This document shows, piece by piece, positions 59,950 through 64,000 of a DNA stretch of 64,000 nt (position 1 is the stretch's first letter; each line of letters begins with the position of its first letter). The notes beneath the pieces were generated by a model that had not been told where the DNA came from, did no database searches, and was given only the letters and a program-made list of their open reading frames with translations. Origin of the DNA: Takakia lepidozioides. Its lineage: Eukaryota; Plantae; Bryophyta. The stretch is taken from assembly GCA_030704615.1 (NCBI GenBank), contig CM060731.1, positions 64,790,001 to 64,854,000 of the forward strand. The letters are read 5' to 3'. Position numbers and translations under genes: made by a program.

Positions 59950-61017
59950 CGTGCACAGGAGGAGGTATTTTAAACCCCTCCATGTACAACATTATACATA
60001 TAGAATGTCTAAAAAGCATGATCCTTTCCTGGGATACAGGGTCAAGCTAGGCTACTCTTTATTAAGACCTCCGGTTACTTTTGTGGCCAAATGGAATGCC
60101 AAGTGGGGACATCTACCCACTCTCCCTCTTAATTGGCAACACATCTGGAAGGATGTTTGGAGAAAGGACAGACAGGCCAAAATCTCGGGATTTCTCTGGA
60201 AGCTAGTAAACATAATTTTTCCGGTCCTTCAAGTCATTCCAGATGCTCAAAACCAATGTCAAGTGTGCAACCTGGGTCTCTCGGAATCACTGGATCACTG
60301 TTTGGTTGAATGCCCCTTCGCTGGTGTCATCTGGAACCGTATCAGATTGTTTTACTTGGCCTGGGTCCCGTCCATTCCCTTGCAGTCTTCCTTAATCTTG
60401 CTCAACCTTCACGAAGGATCTATCTTGTCTAATTGCCCGGTATGGGCGTGTCTTCGAGCGCACTCGCTCTGGAATGTATGGAAAAAAAGATGTTCTTTGG
60501 TGTTGGCGGGGTCTCAGCCCAGTGTTCATAATCCACTCAGATTTAATGACTGAAGTGAGAAAGGCCTGGAATGTTCTCTGTGCAGCTACTTCTCGATGTG
60601 CGCAACGAAGGAGACAACAGCTTTTCACTGGCTTTGATAATGCCTGGGGGAAAGGGAACATCATCTGCATAAGGACATTAGACTCATCGATTGTTTGGAA
60701 CGACAGCATCGTGCCATGTTGGTAGCTCCACTAGCGCCCAACTATCTATGGAGCAGGAAGAATCAGATAGGAATTGGAGGCATAAGAGAACCTCTAGAAA
60801 GGGCAAATCCAAAGCCCACCTCTCGTTTGAATCCTCTGGACGCAGTCTTGTCTCGCTACTATGGACCTACTCAGTCTCCTGCAGCCTCTCTCAGATTTGG
60901 CCACGGGGCAGTGTCTCCTTTATCATCCTTATGGTTGTTTTCCTGAGGTTATTTTTTCCTCAGTTTTATTAATAAAATTTGTCAGGGCTCCCCTGCTCAT
61001 AAAAAAAATAAAAAAAT
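59950..61017 (+). mobile_element. 5'-truncated L1-type LINE 3' end
   Basis: zf-RVT-like WKDVW..KISGFLWKL..CQVC..ESLDHCLVECPFA..IW; AATAAA at ~60971 and an A-rich tail at ~61000. Confidence 0.8.
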
Positions 61018-61439
61018 AGTAAAATCTGTTTTCTATCCATAATAAACTTAAAAATTCACTATATATTTTTCATAAGTTAATCAATGTTACCTGAGGGAGG
61101 TGTTATTCTTCCATGGTTTCTTTGCAGCAATCCACAAGGGTAGGAGTTTGCATGACGGTGTAGGTTGCAGAAGAAGAGAGACAATGGCAGTTGGTTGTGG
61201 CAGTTGGTTGTGTCAGGTTCAATGAGGACTAGATGGGTGCGGCATCCAGTTGCCAACAAGACATTTGGACTGGTACTCATATGTTTACTTGGAACAAAAT
61301 CATAGCAGGGTATGCCAAGCTTGGTTGTGGTATGGAGGCTGTCAAGATCTATCAGTAAATGCAAAAAGGAAAGGGCAAAAGCGTATTTTATCATTTGACT
61401 AATGTTTAGTGCATTCAATGACTCGGGTGGTGCCATAGT

Positions 61440-64000
61440 GGTTTAAGGTTTTTTTCTTTTTCTTTTTCCCCTCATGTAAATCGCGTTGTTGAAGAGGTGT
61501 CTGGGGCACGTACCCTGCATCGTTCATTTGCCCAGACAATCTTCTCAGCCCAGCATGGATTTCCTTAATATTGGGATGCAAATTGTAATCTACAACAAAG
61601 TTGTGCACCCTGTTGCCAACCATGCTCAATGCAGTAGCGACCTGGCTCCTTTCTAGCCCCTCTGACCTTCATCATTTTTCTCACCTTTGCACTATTGTCC
61701 CACCACAGAATTTGACAGCAACACATAAGTCGCACCATCCTGTTCATCCCACTTGAGAATAGATGTTGCCACACGTTCAGCAATCTCCACATTGCCATGG
61801 ATTCTGCAGGCACCAAGCAAGGCCATCCACACCACAGCATCTGGTTTCATTGGCATTTTGTTAATGAGGTGCTCTGCCTCATCCAATTGCCCAGCACGTC
61901 CAAGAAGGTCCACCATGCAGCCAAAGTGCTTTACTGTTGGAGTGATACCATGATCTCGACTCAGGGAATCAAAGTAGCGTCTTCCTTCATCCAGTAGGCC
62001 AACGTGGCTGCATGCAGAGAGAATACATATAAAGGTGGTACTGTCCGGCTTCAAGCCTTCCATTTGCATTCCTTCAAATAGTTGCAGGGCCTCCCTATGA
62101 CAACCACGCTGGGCATATCCTGCCATCATTGCATTCCATGACACCACATCTCGTTCAGCCATATTGTCGAACACTCCCTTTGCATCCTCGATGCACCCAC
62201 ATTTGGCATACATGTCCACCAGGGTATTGTTCAGAATGACATCTGGTACAATTTCAGCTTTGACGATGTCACCATGGACCTCTTTACCCTTTTCAAGGGC
62301 TGCCAGGCTCGCACACACATTGCAAATGCAAACAAACGTGGTGTGGTTGGGCTTCACCCCTTCCTGCATCATTTGCCCATAGGTCTCCAAAGCCTCCATC
62401 CCGCACCCCTGCCGTGCATATCCTGCGATCATCGCATTCCACGACACCACATCACGTTCAGCCATATTGTTGAACACTCCCTTTGCATCCTCGATGCACC
62501 CACATTTGGCATACATGTCCACCAGGGTATTGTTAAGAGTAACATCTGGTACAATTTCAGCTTTGATGATGTCACCATGGACCTCTTTGCCCTTTTCCAG
62601 GGCTGCCAGGCTGGAACAGGCATTGCAAACGCCAACAAACGTGATGTGGTTGGGCTTGACACCTTCACGCATCATTTTCTCATAGGTCTCCAAAGCCTCC
62701 ACCAAGCGCCCCTGCTGTGCATATCCTGTGATCATCACGTTCCATGACACCACATTCCGTGCAGCCATATTGTCGAACACTCCTTTTGCATCTTCCATGC
62801 TTCGGCATTTGGTATACATGTCCACCAGGGCAGTGTTCAGAATGACATCAGTTACGATTTCAGCTTTGACAATGTCACCATGGACCTCTTTGCCCTTTTC
62901 CAGAGCTGCCAGGCTCGCACACGCATTGCAAACGCAAACAAACGCGATGTGGTTGGGCTGCACCCCTTCCAGCATCATTTACTCATAGTTCTCCAAAGCC
63001 TCCATGCCACGCCCCTGCTGTGCATATCCTGCAATCATCGCGCTCCACGACACTACATTTCGTTCAGTCATATTGTCGAATACTTTCTTCGCGTCCTCAA
63101 TGCACCCACATTTGGCATACATGTTCACCAGGGTATTGTTCAGAATGAGATCTGGTACAATTCCAGCTTGGATGATGTCACCATGGACCTGTTTGCCCTT
63201 TTCAAGGGCTGACAGGCTCACACACACATTGCAAACGCAAACAAATGTGATGTGGTTCGGCCTCACCCCTTCTCGCATCATGTGCTCATAGGTCTCCCAA
63301 GCCTCCATCCTGCACCCCTGCTGTGCATATCCTGCAATCATTGCGTTCCACGACACCACATCTCTGTCAGCCATATTGTCGAACACTCCTTTTGCGTCCT
63401 CAATGCACCCACATTTGGCATACATATCCACCAGGGTATTGTTCAGAATGACATTTGGTACAATTCCAGCTTTGATAATGTCACCATGGACCTCTTTGCC
63501 CTTTTCCAGGGCTGCCTGGCTCGCACAAGCATTGCAAACACAAACAAACGTGATGTGGTTAGGCTTCACCCCTTCCTGTACCATTTGCTCATAGGTCTCC
63601 AAAGCCTCCATCCCCCGCCCCTGCTGTGCATATCCTGCAATCATTGCATTCCACGACACCACATTTCGTTCAGCCATACTGTCAAACACTCCCTTTGCAT
63701 CTTCAATGCTTCGGCTTTTGGCATACATGTCCACCAGGGCAGTGTTCAGGATGACATCTGGCACAATTCCAGCTTTGACAATGGCACCATGGACCTCTTT
63801 GCCCTTTTCCAGGGCTGCCAGGCTCGCACACGCATTGCAAATGCAAACAAACGTAATGTGGTTCGGCTTCACCCCTTCCCGCATCATTGCCTCATATGTC
63901 TCCAAAGCATTCCTTCCACACCCATGCTTGGTAAATCCTGCCATCATTATATTCCATGTGCTCAACCATCGTTGAGGCATTCTGTTGAACACTTGGTGAG
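61440..64000 (-). pseudogene. Second long PLS-PPR gene (runs off the window) with an internal stop and broken E/DYW region
   Basis: ORFs 62979-63992 and 61692-62978 are one frame split by TAA (paralogous repeats have CAA). PG box and GYVP are present after frameshifts; HSEK and DYW are missing. Confidence 0.93.

Noticed and set aside
62979-62981. CAA-to-TAA stop rescued by U-to-C editing
   Set aside because: This is a nuclear gene, and it also has downstream frameshifts and no DYW end; ordinary decay explains it.

Overview
Eukaryotic nuclear DNA, most likely from a non-seed land plant such as a bryophyte or fern-like lineage (inferred from GT-AG introns, PLS-DYW PPR genes and the plant TE types). 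The window holds a cluster of PLS-class PPR RNA-editing genes: one intact 1042-aa PPR ORF with a decayed DYW tail, plus several pseudogenes. Their 5' exons encode OSB-type 'PDF' ssDNA-binding motifs. Host genes include an HROB/DUF4539-like gene and a small secreted SH3b-like protein. The rest is nested transposons. The most unusual element is a degenerate Ty3/gypsy retrotransposon (~36974-59748) with the order gag-protease-C5 DNA methyltransferase (DNMT3-like)-RT-RNase H-integrase-PHD finger and a possible self-priming PBS. Its methyltransferase is split by a 12.4-kb non-autonomous CACTA element (43034-55479, GGA TSD), which carries PDF/PPR gene fragments and a full-length chromovirus. A second, unrelated DNA methyltransferase (spliced, beta-class N4/N6 amino-MTase-like) lies near a DNA-transposon end at 1-4786. 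A tightly packed row of F-box-only mini-ORFs follows a TE-type ORF at 29.9-35.6 kb. All family assignments come from motif recognition by eye; no searches were run.
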